From: Lama guanicoe
Lineage: Eukaryota
Assembly (NCBI GenBank): GCA_013239625.1
Contig: MU055549.1
Span: 744,001 to 808,000, forward strand
Direction: 5' to 3'
DNA length: 64,000 bases
Below are positions 1-12,500 of the stretch, one piece after another. Position 1 is the stretch's first letter. Each line of letters opens with the position of its first letter. The notes beneath the pieces were generated by a model. The model searched no databases, was not told where the DNA came from, and worked only from the letters and a program-made list of their open reading frames with translations. The position numbers were made by a program, and so were the translations under genes.

Positions 1-3000
1 GGGCAAGTTGAGGGGAACAGAGGCCACGCGCTGGGGGTTGCGGGAGGGCAGCGGGCCGAGGGCCGGGCCACAGAGCACAGAGGGAGGGGCCGCAGGACGG
101 GCCGGCTGGGCACCACAGGGCTGCGCTGAGGCCACGCCGAGCCACGGAGAGAGAGTAGAGCCCCACCTAGGCCGAGAGACCCCCTCGTTCACGAGACGCG
201 CTGCGAGGATGTGGGGGAGCGGCCCACACGCTTCTGGTCCCGAGAGGGTAGGCCCGGGGCAGAAAGTGGAGCCTGGGCTGCCGGCCCGGCCGGGCGGGAC
301 CAGCGGTCACAACTGGATCCGGTTTGGGTGCAAGTCATACATCATGAGAGCTGTGTTCCCAGAAAGGCTTAGAGAATTTTATAAAAGCAAAAGACCAGGG
401 CAACGGAGCTGATTTTGACTTTTGAAAAAAGTTTCCTCTGCTGAGCCCTCATGAGGCCACACTTCATGGGGAGCCTGGAGACTCAGGGCCCCGCGTCAGC
501 GGGCAGCGGGACCAGGGCCCCTCCCGGCCGCGTGGCCCAGGGCGGGCAGGGGGCCGCGGTCCCCAACACGCACTGCAGCAGGCATTGACATTCAGAGCAC
601 AGACAGCTAATCAGGTCAAGACCCTCAAAGTGGCTTTTGGACTCATGTGTCACAAATCAGTCTGGCCGCCTTCAAGTGGCGCGGATTAGAACAAGCAGGG
701 GACAATCCAGCCCAGAGCGGCCACCCTGCCCAGCCCTCGGCCAGAAGCTGCCGCCATCCAGATGCTAATGCGCTTAAGTGGCTTAAGCGCTGGTGAATGC
801 GGAGGGCTTGGCAGGCAGACGGCCTCGTAGCCTCCCCAGGACCCGATTCAGGAAATTCTGTCTCTCCCAAAGGCGTCTGCTGGAAACTTCTTAAAAAATT
901 GCTTTATCTCGACATTTCAGGCGCTCTCCCAAAGGATACACATCTGACCAGCCCGGCCCCACAGAGGGGCCTCCGCGTGCCTCGGGCTCTCCGGGCCCTT
1001 TCTCCCACACCCGCCAGGAGCCACCTCATTTACCGGGTTTTAAAGACTCCCAGGCCGGGCATTCAGGCCTCTCCCCTGGCCTTTCAATCTGCAGCCGTGA
1101 CCACTCATGCAGAAAGCCCCAGGCCAGGCTTTTCTGGCTCACCCACTTACAGAGGCATTTTCTCTTTTGAAAGGAGAAAAAAAATTCCCAAACTGCTGTT
1201 TTTAAAGACCCATATACGATTACTTCATTATTAGCAGCCACGTGAAGGTCGCGGGGCAAGGCGGCCCAGCACGGTCTCCACTGGTACCTGGGGCGCCTGG
1301 TGTTTTGCTTGGAACTTAAGGGAGCGGCCGCTGCCGTGGGAGGACACCTGCTGCGCGGGTACCAAGGCTGCCGGACGGGCGCCCACAGGCCCTGGGCGCC
1401 AGCGTCAGCCCAGAAGGGCGGTTTGACAGCTGCTCCACTTGTACAAAACCACTGGTGGTCGGGGCACCTGTACAGCTGGCCCTGCCCCTCTGGGAGCTGC
1501 CAGCCCTGCTGTGCCCCGACTGCACCAGGTTCAAAATCTTAGTGGAGGCAGAGCCCCTGGGGTCCCACCGGGAACCCGCTGTGTGCAGCCCTCCAGAACC
1601 CTCTGCACCCTGCCAGACAGAGGAGCCCTGCATCCGGCCCTTGGGGGAGGAGCAGACCACCCAGCCCTGACCCCTGCGGACACAGCCCCACAGCCCGAGG
1701 TGAAACCAGCCCCTGGCCAGCCAGGCCGGGAAGGTCCCGAGCCTGCATCTCCTGGGTCTGCAAGCGCTGAGCAACGCCTGACTGGGCGGAGGCGTGGGTG
1801 TCAGAGCTGGGACAAGACGCTTCTTTCCAAAAGTACGTTCGCAAGTTTCGTGTAGTAAGTTCTGATCTGCAGTGGTAAAAGGCCCCTCAGAAGTTTCCTT
1901 GCGACGTTTGTGTCTAAACAGCGGTAAGGGCTGTGGTGCTGCTGCCTGGCCATCCGCTTGAAGAGGCCACAGGTGTTAAAAAAGAGCAACTGGTTCGCAT
2001 TTGCCGATGGCCCACAGGCTTCAGACCCAGCTGTGGTTCTGATTTCAGACACTTGTCTCCGTCTGCACCCAGCATGCTGGGCTCAGAGGAAAGGGTCCCC
2101 AGGAGCCCCAGCTGACCCCAAATTTCCAAAGGACCAAGCATAGGCTGGGGCCAGGCGAGAACTGCTGCGTCTGGCGTCCAGGGCGTCCCCTGTGTGCCGG
2201 GCGGCAGTGTCTGCATGCCGGGAGCCAGGGTGTCGGGGGTAACTGGTGAGACGATGGTGACCATAAGGGACCTTCTTGGAGGAGGAGCAGGCCCGCGGGG
2301 GTCCAGGGGGAGGGCCCAGCCGGGCAAAGGTGAGTGGCAGTGTGGGAGGTGGGGAGAGGGCCTGAGGGGAGCCGGGGCGGTGGGGGCACCTGCTCAGGCG
2401 GGAGGGAAGGGAATGGCAGGTGGGCCATGGGGTGTGGCAAGAGCTGGGGGGAGGCATCTGTCCTGGGCAGCCAGGACAGAATGGGGGCGTCCATCGGTAC
2501 AGGCCCACCCAGGGGGCCCAGGGGCAGAGAGAATCAGAACACACGTCCACGTTGCCTCTTCTCCACCCGAGAACACAGAGGAAGCGATGTACGTACTAGA
2601 CACCCATCAGGAATGAACACAAACAGTTGGCTCCTGTCCGCAGAGCCCCGTGTGGGCTGGGCACCCCGTTTGGTCTCCCCACCTGGAGTCAGGAGTGCCC
2701 ACGGGTGAGCGTGCAGCTCCGACGCAGTCCGCGGGCCCACGGCGGAGTCAGATCCCACAGAGGGAGTCGGTGCGAGGGGGTGAGCCCAGGACGCTAGGGC
2801 CCCGGGGCTGCGGGAGGGGCAGTCAGGAGCGTCGGGGGCCACCTGCTGGGATGCACACTTTCTGGGCAGCAGGGACACCTCCACCTCCCAGCCATCCTGG
2901 CGGTGGCTGGTGTTTCTGGCGCAGATTGGGTGTGGGAGAAGCCATCGACATCCTTCCCGTAACCGCAGCCCGGGCCTGGCACGTTCTCAGCGACGGGCCG

Positions 3001-6000
3001 CACGTCTCGGCCTTCTGGAAGCTCCTGCTCCAGAGGGACAGGTGGGCGCGGCCAGGTGACCCGAGTCCAAGGTGCTGGGAGAGGCTGCCCCTCCCCGAGC
3101 CTCCTGGTCTCGGCCCCTCAGGCTCCAGCTCCCCCTACCCGGATCTGTGCCCTGGGGAGGGGCCTTGGGAGGGGCGAGCAGGCCATCGTCTGGGGCCCAG
3201 TCACTCATCAGGGCTGCACAAAGTGTGGGGCGAGGCTTCGTCCTGAGCTCGGTCTGCGAAGGGAAACAGCCGGCCAGATATCTGCAGGCTGTTTCAAGGC
3301 ACAGGGAGGGCCCCCGCTCGCTCCCACTGGGCCTCTCAGAGCCTTCTGCGCTTCCTTCCCTCCAGGTGGAGCAAGGATGTCTGAACAAAATCAAAACGAA
3401 CCACAGAGCCAGTCTGGCCCCCAGGTTTAGATGCTCTGCAGGCAGGCATTGGGGGAACTTCCAGCATTTTCTTAGCCAGGAGAATGGGCTCTCTGTTTTT
3501 TTTTCGCCCTGAGACCTCTTGTAGGGCAGGACACGGGGGCCCCCATTTCTGCCTGGACACCCCCAGAGAAGTGCGCATCACGAACGAGCCCACAGCAACC
3601 GGGCCGAGTGGGGCCGAGGGCGTCCAGCCCTACTGAGGTCTGGCGTTCTCCTGGCCCGTGCTCACCTGCCCGTGACGAGGCCGCTGCCCGTGAAGGGCGT
3701 AGGTGGCCAGCCGGCACGTATACGGGGTCCTCTGTCTACTGCTCTGACCACTCAGCTTGTGGGTTAAGACTTTAGGGGCGGGGTTAACTCTTTAAAGTCA
3801 AATCAAAAGAAAACCAAGTGCAGCCGCTTCCCGGGCTGTGAAGCCGCCAGTCTCCGGCGGGCGTCCGTCCTCTACTTGGACACCCTGGGCCAGCCGTGAG
3901 CACAGCCAGCAGCCCCTGCGGGCAAGGTCGGCCCCCCCGCCACTGCCGTGAGGCGCGCTGCACACTGTGTCCCGCCGGACTCGGCGGCCTCTGCGCGCTG
4001 GGCTTCTTCCCCGAGTGGGGCCGATGGCAGGACTCCCTCTGCCCCCCACAGGGCCAGTGCTCCAGAAGCAGCGCTGAGCCGGGCAGCCGGGGGTGCCCTC
4101 ACCTCGCCTGGCGTCCCACGGCCACACCAGGGCTCCAGGCAGCCACACCTGGGCGGTGGGGCCACTGCCGGTGGCGGGAGCTGGTCCCGCTCCAGCTGTT
4201 CTCACACCGAGAAGAATCAGCCCGTCTGCAAGAAAGCACTTCCCACCCTCGGGCGCAGGGGCCCCCGCTGGGGCTGAGGTCGGCGGGTGGGTGGGCTCCA
4301 GGGGCACCCCGCCCTCCGCGCTCGCGCTTTCACCCCGACAGCTTCCCTTGGGAGAACATGCGGGCCTCTGATAGCGTGAAATCGGAAACAAAGCCGGGGC
4401 ACAAAGGCGCGACTGGCCGTGGCCGCTGGGCTCTCTCAGCCACAAGCACGCTCGGAGGACGGACTCCAGAGAAGCTGAAAGGAAAGGCCTGGAAAAGAAG
4501 TAACGTCTTCACGGGCCTCAAGACGGGCGGGGCGCACGTGCCTGTGAGGAGAGCCCAGGCGGGGCCGCGGGGCCCTTCTGTGGCGCGGGGCCCTCGGGTG
4601 CGTCCTGGAGTCTCACGCAGGTGACGTGTGTGTGGCTCCACCGTCGGGAGGCCCCGCTGGCCCTCTGCAGGCAGCGCTCACATCTCAGGACCCCCACATG
4701 TGATATCTGTGCCTCCGTCCCAAGATCCAACCAAGAAACAGTGACAACTGAGGGACCGCAAAGCCCGGCCTGGGGGCCGCAGGGAGGAGAGGTGGCAGCT
4801 GCTCCTCTCCGTGTACCAGTCGGAGCAGTGAGGCCAGAAACACCTCAGGGCTCGGTCGGGGCTCATCCACCCCCTTTCGCTCGCACCAGAGCGGGCTGGG
4901 CGGCGAGGACTCGCCTGTGCCGCCGGGGGTCGCGGCCTCTGCATGCCTGGCCCGCCTGGGTGGCCCTCAGCCCTGCCGCTCCACGGGACTTGGCTTTGGG
5001 TGCAGCTGCCGGGAACCAGAAGGGGTAACCAAGTGGCCGCCCCACTGACTGCGTCTACCCATCTGATGGCAGCAGGGTGCCCTCACCTCCCGGGAGCAGG
5101 GCTGGAGACCCAGTGCACGCAGGCCCAGCGGCATGCTCAGTGTCACATCCTCTGCACAGGGGGGTCGTGCTCTGGGGACAGAAGCCGTCCCTGGGGTCAC
5201 TGCAGCTCCTAGGTGAAAGCAAGTCGTCCTCCAGCCAGCCCCTCCTTCCTCTTGGTGCGCCCGCTTCCCTCCCTCTCACGGACACTCTGGGGTCTCTGCG
5301 CCGTGTGTCCAGCAGGAGCTCGGCATGGAGCGCCACCTGGCTGGGCTCTTGGGGTCTCCCACCCGGAAATCACTTCTGGGTCACAGACGCCTGGTCCTCA
5401 GCAGCGAGGGCCGCGAGGCGCACTGGGCAGACCCCGCGGAAAGCTCTTTGCCAAAAACCTAGCCCACCAAAGGGTGTCAGGAGGAAGTCACCGCTGTCCC
5501 GTGATTCTGGTCATCCTGTTGTTTTTTTGTTAAATTCTAGCCACAAAACATTTAAAAGTTAAAAATCATACAAATAACAGTTCCACCAACATTGTCATGC
5601 GGCACAGATTGCAGAGAGGAGCAGGGAAGAAACCCTGAGGCACGGTTCGGAGACGGACACCCGAGTTCTTTACACAGGTTTTCTTCAAAACAAGTTAATG
5701 GAAAACCGTTACTTTTCACATTTAGATTTTTCAAGTGACTCTAGAACACAGAACCCACCCGGAGGATAAACCTGACCTTCTGAGCTACAGACAGTCTTGC
5801 AGTAACGCTGAATGTCAGCACAGGTCACTGCCCTGCTGAGTCGGACCCCACAAAACCCTTCGCCCTGGAAGGAGAACCAAGTCTCCACGCCCCACTGCCT
5901 GACCCGCCTCGCGGAGTCTCAGAACGCTGCGGGGCCCCGTCCGGATCGGCACGCGCGCACCACAGGGTTAGCGCCGGGTGTGCACAGGGAATTAGAACAC

Positions 6001-6460
6001 CAAATCCCGACAGACAGGCAGGCAGCCAGCCAGCGCCCCGACATCCAGGAACAACAGGTAAGCGTCACCGGTCCTGAGGGACGGACTGTTCCTTGGCCGC
6101 CAGCACCTACAGACGTCATTTCAAGTCCTCCCAGTGTCAGAACAGGTGCAGGACAGGAGTTTTCAGTTCGCTGACACCCTAAAGGGGAGACGGGGCCTCA
6201 AAACCTGCCTTGGTCACAGGCAACTCACAGACCCAAGGGAAAGTGCTCAGAGGGAAGCCTCGGGGGACTCTCTGACGCCTTCCCCTTCGGGGTGGACACA
6301 CCCCAAAAGTAAGCACTGGGCAGACAGGTGCGCATCTCTCAGCCACCCTGCAGTGCTCGGGGATGCAGGTCTGCACTTACCGTGGGGACAACACAGGTGC
6401 CCCTGACCCAGCACAGGACACGTGGTCACGGATGAGCTCTGGCCAGCCTCCTTTCCCTCC

Positions 6461-6530
6461 GTACACGTGCACACACGTGTGCACACATGCACATGCACAC
6501 AGTGTGCACCACACATATGACACACACACA
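6461..6530. repeat. Degenerate (CA/TG/CG)n alternating purine-pyrimidine tract
   Basis: Unbroken RY alternation over 6461-6501, then an interrupted CA run to 6530. Confidence 0.8.
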
Positions 6531-9344
6531 GCTCTTGGGAAGCCAGAGCCCTGGCCTGCCTGGCCCTCACACAGCCTCACGGCCCCTCCTGTGGCCGACG
6601 GGCCAGGAGGTCACCACGTTCGTGGGAGCCGTCTGTGGTCTGTGGCCGGTGGCTGGGCTGTGGCTGCCGACCCCGCCTTCAGGGGGCCCCATCATGGTGG
6701 CAACTTCCTTGGTTTTCAGGGTGGCCTGCCTGACTCAAAGAAGGGCCATCCTGGATGGGGCCCGAGGATCGGAGGGCCGAGCAGAGGCGTGGCCACATCG
6801 GGTTTTCACTGGAAGCACTGCGGGGTCATTGTCCCTCTGGTGGGAGCCGCCCCCCAAATCCCACCAATTCGTTTACTCTGACTTCTTTCTCTAAGATCTC
6901 CCTGGCAAACGCCTGGGCTGGGAGGGGCACATCTCTCGAGGGCTGAGTCCACGACCTGGAGGCCTGAAGGCACTGACATCCCTGGGGGCTGTGCGGCGGC
7001 AGGGCGGGCAGCCAGTCACTGAGAGGCGCTGTCATGAGGGCTGTCAGTGTCGAGGCACCTGGGTCCTCTTTGTTCCACACTGTCAACTGCTCATCAGGGC
7101 AACAACGTGCCATAAAGCCCCTTTCATTTCCTCCAGGTCGGCTCTGCCAACACCCTCCCCGCCTGGAGGGGTGACAGCGCCCGCGTGCGGCCCAGGGGCA
7201 AACCCAATGCTGATTCCAGCTCTTGGGCCAGGAGAGCGCCACCAATTTTTCCAGAAGGAAGCGGTGCAGGCTCTATCTCAGGTTTGTGTCCAGCAGGTGT
7301 CTGGATGGCTCCCCAGGCCTGGCAGTGCCACTGGGGATCCCTGCCCACGGCAGATCCGGCTGGGGACCTGCCACACTCCTGGTCTGGCCTCTTGAGGACG
7401 TCCCCAGCCTTCTCTGGACACATCAAGGTCAGATCCGCTGGGCAGCAGGGGACGGGCAGGAGGGAGAGCAGGACTCGCCCTCATCACCTCCTTCCAGGGA
7501 CTGCCAGGGTCCGGGCCACTCTCTGAGCTGAGCGGAGGAGCCCGTGAGGGGCGAGTACAAGGGGGCGCCACCGTGGCCTTGGAGCGCCCGTCCACCTGCC
7601 TGGCATAGAAGGTGCCTCCCCACGTCCTGACGTCCCCGGGGGGCTGTGCGGACCCCGAGGCAGGCAGGCGGAAAGCTACTGCTGCACCAGGGACGGGCGG
7701 GGGCAGGCTGCGGACGCTTCTGGGGTTCCTGTTTTTTCTTTTATGATCCCGGGAATAGTTATTTTGCCGTCAGTCCACCATTTGAAGACACTGGCCAACG
7801 TCCGCAGAGTGAACTTCCTGGAAGACAACACCCTGAACAGAACCCCAGAGCCGTCATCACGCAAACATCACGGTCCCCCTTCCTGTGACGTCGTGAGGCT
7901 CTGTGTCAAAACAGACAGAGAAAGGTCCTTTCTCATCTCAGCCGCTGAGAAGTGAACGCAGCGATTTAGGCGAACAACGCGGCCTTCGAGAGCAAGGCTG
8001 CCGTGAAAGGCCCAGCGAGGACGCCGGGAAGGACCGTTTGGCTGGCGCGCCTCCCCCCGGCCCCCCAGCAACTCCATCTCGCCCGCCAGGCAGTTAGTTT
8101 CAGGAGCCGACGGTCAGAAGAGGACGTCCGGAGAGGGAGGGAGGCCACCGTGGCTACGGAGGTGGCCAGCAGCAGCCAGGACGGGCCCGTCTACTGTGGC
8201 TTCCGACTCAGAACACACTTCAAGCCTGTGAGGTTTGCCGACGTTGGCAGAAGAGGGGGCCGTGCACACCGGGATCTCCACCACTTCAGAGTCACACCGG
8301 AGGTCTGCAGGGGCGTCCTCAGACCAGGCTTCCTCCAGGGTTCACGCGAGCGGGCGGCACCTGGCACCTGTCTCGCAGACGGCAAACTGCCCGAGCTCCT
8401 TGCCCCGCCCTGGCTCTGACCCTCCCCCCCGGCAACAATACCGACTCATGGGGGCTGCTGGGGGTCTGGGGCCGAAGGGCACACCACCGACCAAGGACAG
8501 GCACAGTCACACCCATGGCGCCCGCCACGCAGCCGTCACCCACCCACAGTGCCCCCAACGAGCGCTGACAGCTCCCACTGACTCTGGCCGGCCTCACCCA
8601 CCGTGTCCCAGGGCTACAGGGCCTGGGGTGTGGAGGCACGACTGGGGTTTGGTTCCCGGAGGTAGCGGGAACCAGACATAAAGCAGCCCTTTGTTGCACT
8701 CAGCACCCGCCCAGTGGCCTTCCAGGTTCTCATGGGCTTCCCAGGGGCCGGCACGGGCAATGCGCATCCTGGCTTGGCGGGGGGGGGAAAAGGGGGGGGG
8801 GGCGGCCTCTCCAGGATGCGGGTGCAGCCAGAGAAGCGGCTGGGTGGCAGAAACGTCTGCGTGCTGGGACAGGGGACGAGGCCGCCAGGCAGCCTGGCCG
8901 AGGTCTCCCTCGTGGCACTGCTGTGCGGGGCACGCCCTGTGGGGGTTCTGCCATCCTCTTTCAAGGCAGGTGTGGGCGGTGCTGGGACCGCGGCTGTTGC
9001 GGCCCCCACCCCATGATTGCGAGCGTCCTGGCCGACGACTGCTGCCTCGGAGAAGTCAGGGTCCTCACGGGACCCGTCCGTTCCCAGGGGCTCAGCTAGC
9101 ACCTGAACGTGTACCTGTCAGTAACCAGCAGCCAGTTTAAAAACAGCAGCCGGCCTCCAACAACGCATCCATCACAGCTGCTGTCAGCGGTGACGGACGG
9201 CAGGTGGGCGCGCAGCCCGGCCTCGCGGAGACGGCAGCGCCTGGCACTGCTGTCACTCTTTGTCACTGGCCAGCTGAGCGCCCAGCTGCCGGTTCCACCA
9301 CGCACGGCATAACACCCTCCGAGCAGTCCCGCCAGCAGGGCTGA

Positions 9345-9525
9345 GCCGAGGCTGCGTATTAATTAGTTCAGGACGCATGGCCCATTAGGTGGCGCATGAT
9401 AATCGAGTTTAATTTGCGTATGTTTTAATTACGGCCTAAGCACTGACACATTTGATCGCAGAACCATCTTTTCCGTTCTGCTCCGAGAGCACATCTGTAT
9501 CCATTTGCATCTGGAGCATGGAATT
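9345..9525. promoter_or_regulatory. Candidate intronic enhancer (AT-rich, TAAT-dense island)
   Basis: ATTAATTAG, CCATTA, GATAATC, TTTAATTTGC and TTTAATTAC within about 80 bp, plus ATTTGCAT. No repeat signature recognised. Conservation not tested. Confidence 0.45.
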
Positions 9526-12500
9526 CAGATTCCAGGGAGGGGGTGGGGGTGGGCAGCCTCTCACAAGCACACTTCCCTGGGCTGGCGCCAGGTGAGGCTC
9601 CAGGACCCTGGAGCCCTCCCTTACCACAAAGGACAAGCAGCCCCACCTTCCCCAGAGGCCCCCCGTGGAGCCCTGCCCACTGCACCCCAGGACAGCGGCC
9701 CCCAGTGGGGGGATGAACCTGCCGCTCTTGGGGGAGGGGCGCCCACCACAAAAACCAAAGCCCAGACAAGCCAGCTTCTCCTTGGGCCATGAGGGAGGGT
9801 GACCCCGTCTTTCCTCCTCAAGGGGCAGGTGCTGCCCCTGCAGACAAAGTAACCACAAGGCTTCCAGGAGAGACCTTTGTGCCCTGTACAGCTGCAGGGC
9901 CGCCTGGGACGCTCACGGTCACCTGCTGCACTGACCGTGGGCCAACTGGACACCATCTGTGGGAAGACCATGGCTGAGAGCACAGGCCACCCCAGGAATA
10001 CAAGTCGGCCCTTTCCTGCCCCAGGGCCGGCCTGTAGGCTCTAACACAAGAGGGTCGTGGCTGAGGGTGGCCTGCCCACCTGGGGATGGGGCGGTGCCAG
10101 GCCAGGGCCCTGGGGTCAAGCCTTGGTGTGTTTCTCCCAAACCCGTGCTCTTCCTGTGCTGTGTTGTCTGGAAGGAGAGGGCAGGGCCCCCCGTGCCTCC
10201 TTGGCACAGCTGGGAACAGCCAGCACTTGAGCCATGGCCGGCGTGGGGCAGAGAAACCTTGTCTGCATCCTAGCACCCGCCCAGGGACGTCTGCCAGCCT
10301 AGCGATGCCCCAGACCACCCCTGAGCCACCTGCAGGTCCCATGGTGCCAGGCCAGGCCGTGCTCCCCAGAGGGCCAGCCCCCAGATGCGTCCCGTTGGCC
10401 CCGGCTGGCCTTCGACGTCATGGCCGGCTCTCCTGTAAAAGGCAAAGGCTTCCGAGGACGCGTCGGGAGCCGCGGGATACCTTGGCAGCCTTGTTCTCAC
10501 ACTGCTCTCTACGTTCCTGGGAGCTGGGACAGAAGAGCAGACAAGCGCAGACGGCCCGGCGTCCAGGGCCACCGCTGCGCCCACCCCAGTCCTGCTGCCA
10601 ACCCTGGCCCTGCAGCAGATGGCAGAGAAGTCCCACTGGACAAACAGCAAAGAAACACAGCACATCAGACTCAACATCAGAGCATGCAAGCCCTGGGGCC
10701 CCTGTGGACATGGGCCACACGGCCGAGCCGGGGAGGACACTGGACACAGACCACGGCTTCTCTCTCCCCAGTGCTCCTCCGTGCGAGGAAAACGAGGCCA
10801 AAACCCACAGGTTCCACCACGGCCCCCAAGTGTCCCCAAAACATTGTGGTCCCGCTGGAGGCCATGCCAGCATCACGGCGTCTCAGGTGTGCACCCACGG
10901 GATCTGACACCTGGGGCAACCTGAGGCTTGGCGCTGAGATGACCTGGTCCCGCTTGGAGCATGAGCCTGGTTCCCCAAGCAGCCACGTCCCAGCCGGGAG
11001 GGCCGCCCACGCGGGCTGCAGCAGCGGGGCCACGCTGCGTAGCGGACGCGGCAGCCCACACAATGCATCCTCTCCACTCAACGCGCACATCAGGGGCAAA
11101 GCAGCGGGAGCCTGAGGCCGGGGACGCCGCTCTGGGGGCCCTGTCCCCCCACCTGCTCGCTGGCCTCAGGCCTGCGCCCGGGCGCCCCTGCCCACCCTTC
11201 TACGCCGCGACCGGCCTCTCCAGGCCTTGCCCGCGGCCCACTCCGCCTAACGGCCTGTCAGGAAGATCGGGAGAAATTTTCTCTGGTTTCCACAAACTTT
11301 CTCAAGTTGCTTTTACAGTTAGAAACTATTTCAAAGAGCTGTGCGCTGCCAACTAGCAAATTCTGGTTTTCCAAAGGAGGTGCTTACAGGGTGTTCTGCG
11401 ATTCAAGAACTCGACAGGCAGCTCGACGAGAGCTGCTGAAACGAATCGCCAACACGAGACACCGGGCTTTCCTGGCTGCGTTTGTCTTCAGGGCGAGCTT
11501 CTCCCACAGAGATGCTTTATGCGTTAGTCTCACCCTCACAAGTGGTGGGAAGAAACGTCTCTCTGGCGCCCGGCGCTGCTGCGGGCTGGAGGGTGCCCCC
11601 AGGGTGCCCCCTGACTCAGCCGGTGACCTTACTTTGAAGGGCGGTCTCTGCAGGTGTAATTAGTTAGGGTTCTCGAGAGGAGCACATCCTGGATTTGGGG
11701 GCCCTGAGTCCGAGGGCTGGTGACTTGTAAGAAAAAAGTGCACACAGAGAAGCAGAGAGCAGCCACCCGGCGACAGGGCAGAGACTGCAGAGCGCGGCCA
11801 CAGACCAGGGACGTCGGGGCCACCGGAGCTGCCGACACAGGAAGGAGCCTCCCCGGAGCGTCTCGGGGGAGCGCGGCCCCGACACCCGGCCGCGGGCTTT
11901 GGCCTCCAGACTGTGGAAACGACGTCTGCTGTTCCGGCCGCCAGGTCGTGGTGGCTGGGCGCAACGGCATCTGGACACGGACACAGGGGGATGTGAGCAC
12001 AGCACAGGAAGGCTCCACCTGGCGCACGCGGTGTCTCCACCTGGCGCATGCTCGTCACCCTCGGGACGAGCATGAAGTTAGTTACAGCTCTCCTGATGGG
12101 ATGCACGGGTCTGAAGCGAAGGCAATGCGGCGACCTGGGGGCGACACACGGTCCAGACGCTGCGCGGTCCGGCCACAGCTCTTAGGAACTACAGGCCTCA
12201 TTTTGGAAGGAGTGAGGGCGGACCCCAGAGCTAGCTTCCCCGCTGGCTCCCTGTGTCCGCGGGGTGGGGGGCTCAGCCTCCGCACACCCTGGACTTTGCA
12301 CAGAGGGTTGGTGGTTGCACTGCTGCTGGCGCTGAGGGAACAGTCTTTGACGCCAGGGCTACAGCCTTCTTTTGGCCAAATGGCCCTAAAAAAACTCCAT
12401 GCTGAAACCTCTACTGTAAAAAAACTGGAATAAAAGTCATTTCCCACTGGTTTGCTTTACTTGTGTAACAAACTGTGCAAAACGGCGAGGTTTCTGTCCA

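Noticed and set aside
355-390. + strand peptide PERLREFYK resembling INPP5A exon 2 (PENLQKNWLREFYQ)
   Set aside because: Wrong strand and position, the match is short and gapped, and it has no proper splice sites.
6375-6385. Strong minus-strand donor ACG|GTAAGT in intron 9
   Set aside because: No convincing acceptor within exon-sized distance upstream.
12013-12048. Direct repeat CTCCACCTGGCGCA twice, period 22
   Set aside because: A small local duplication with no further structure.
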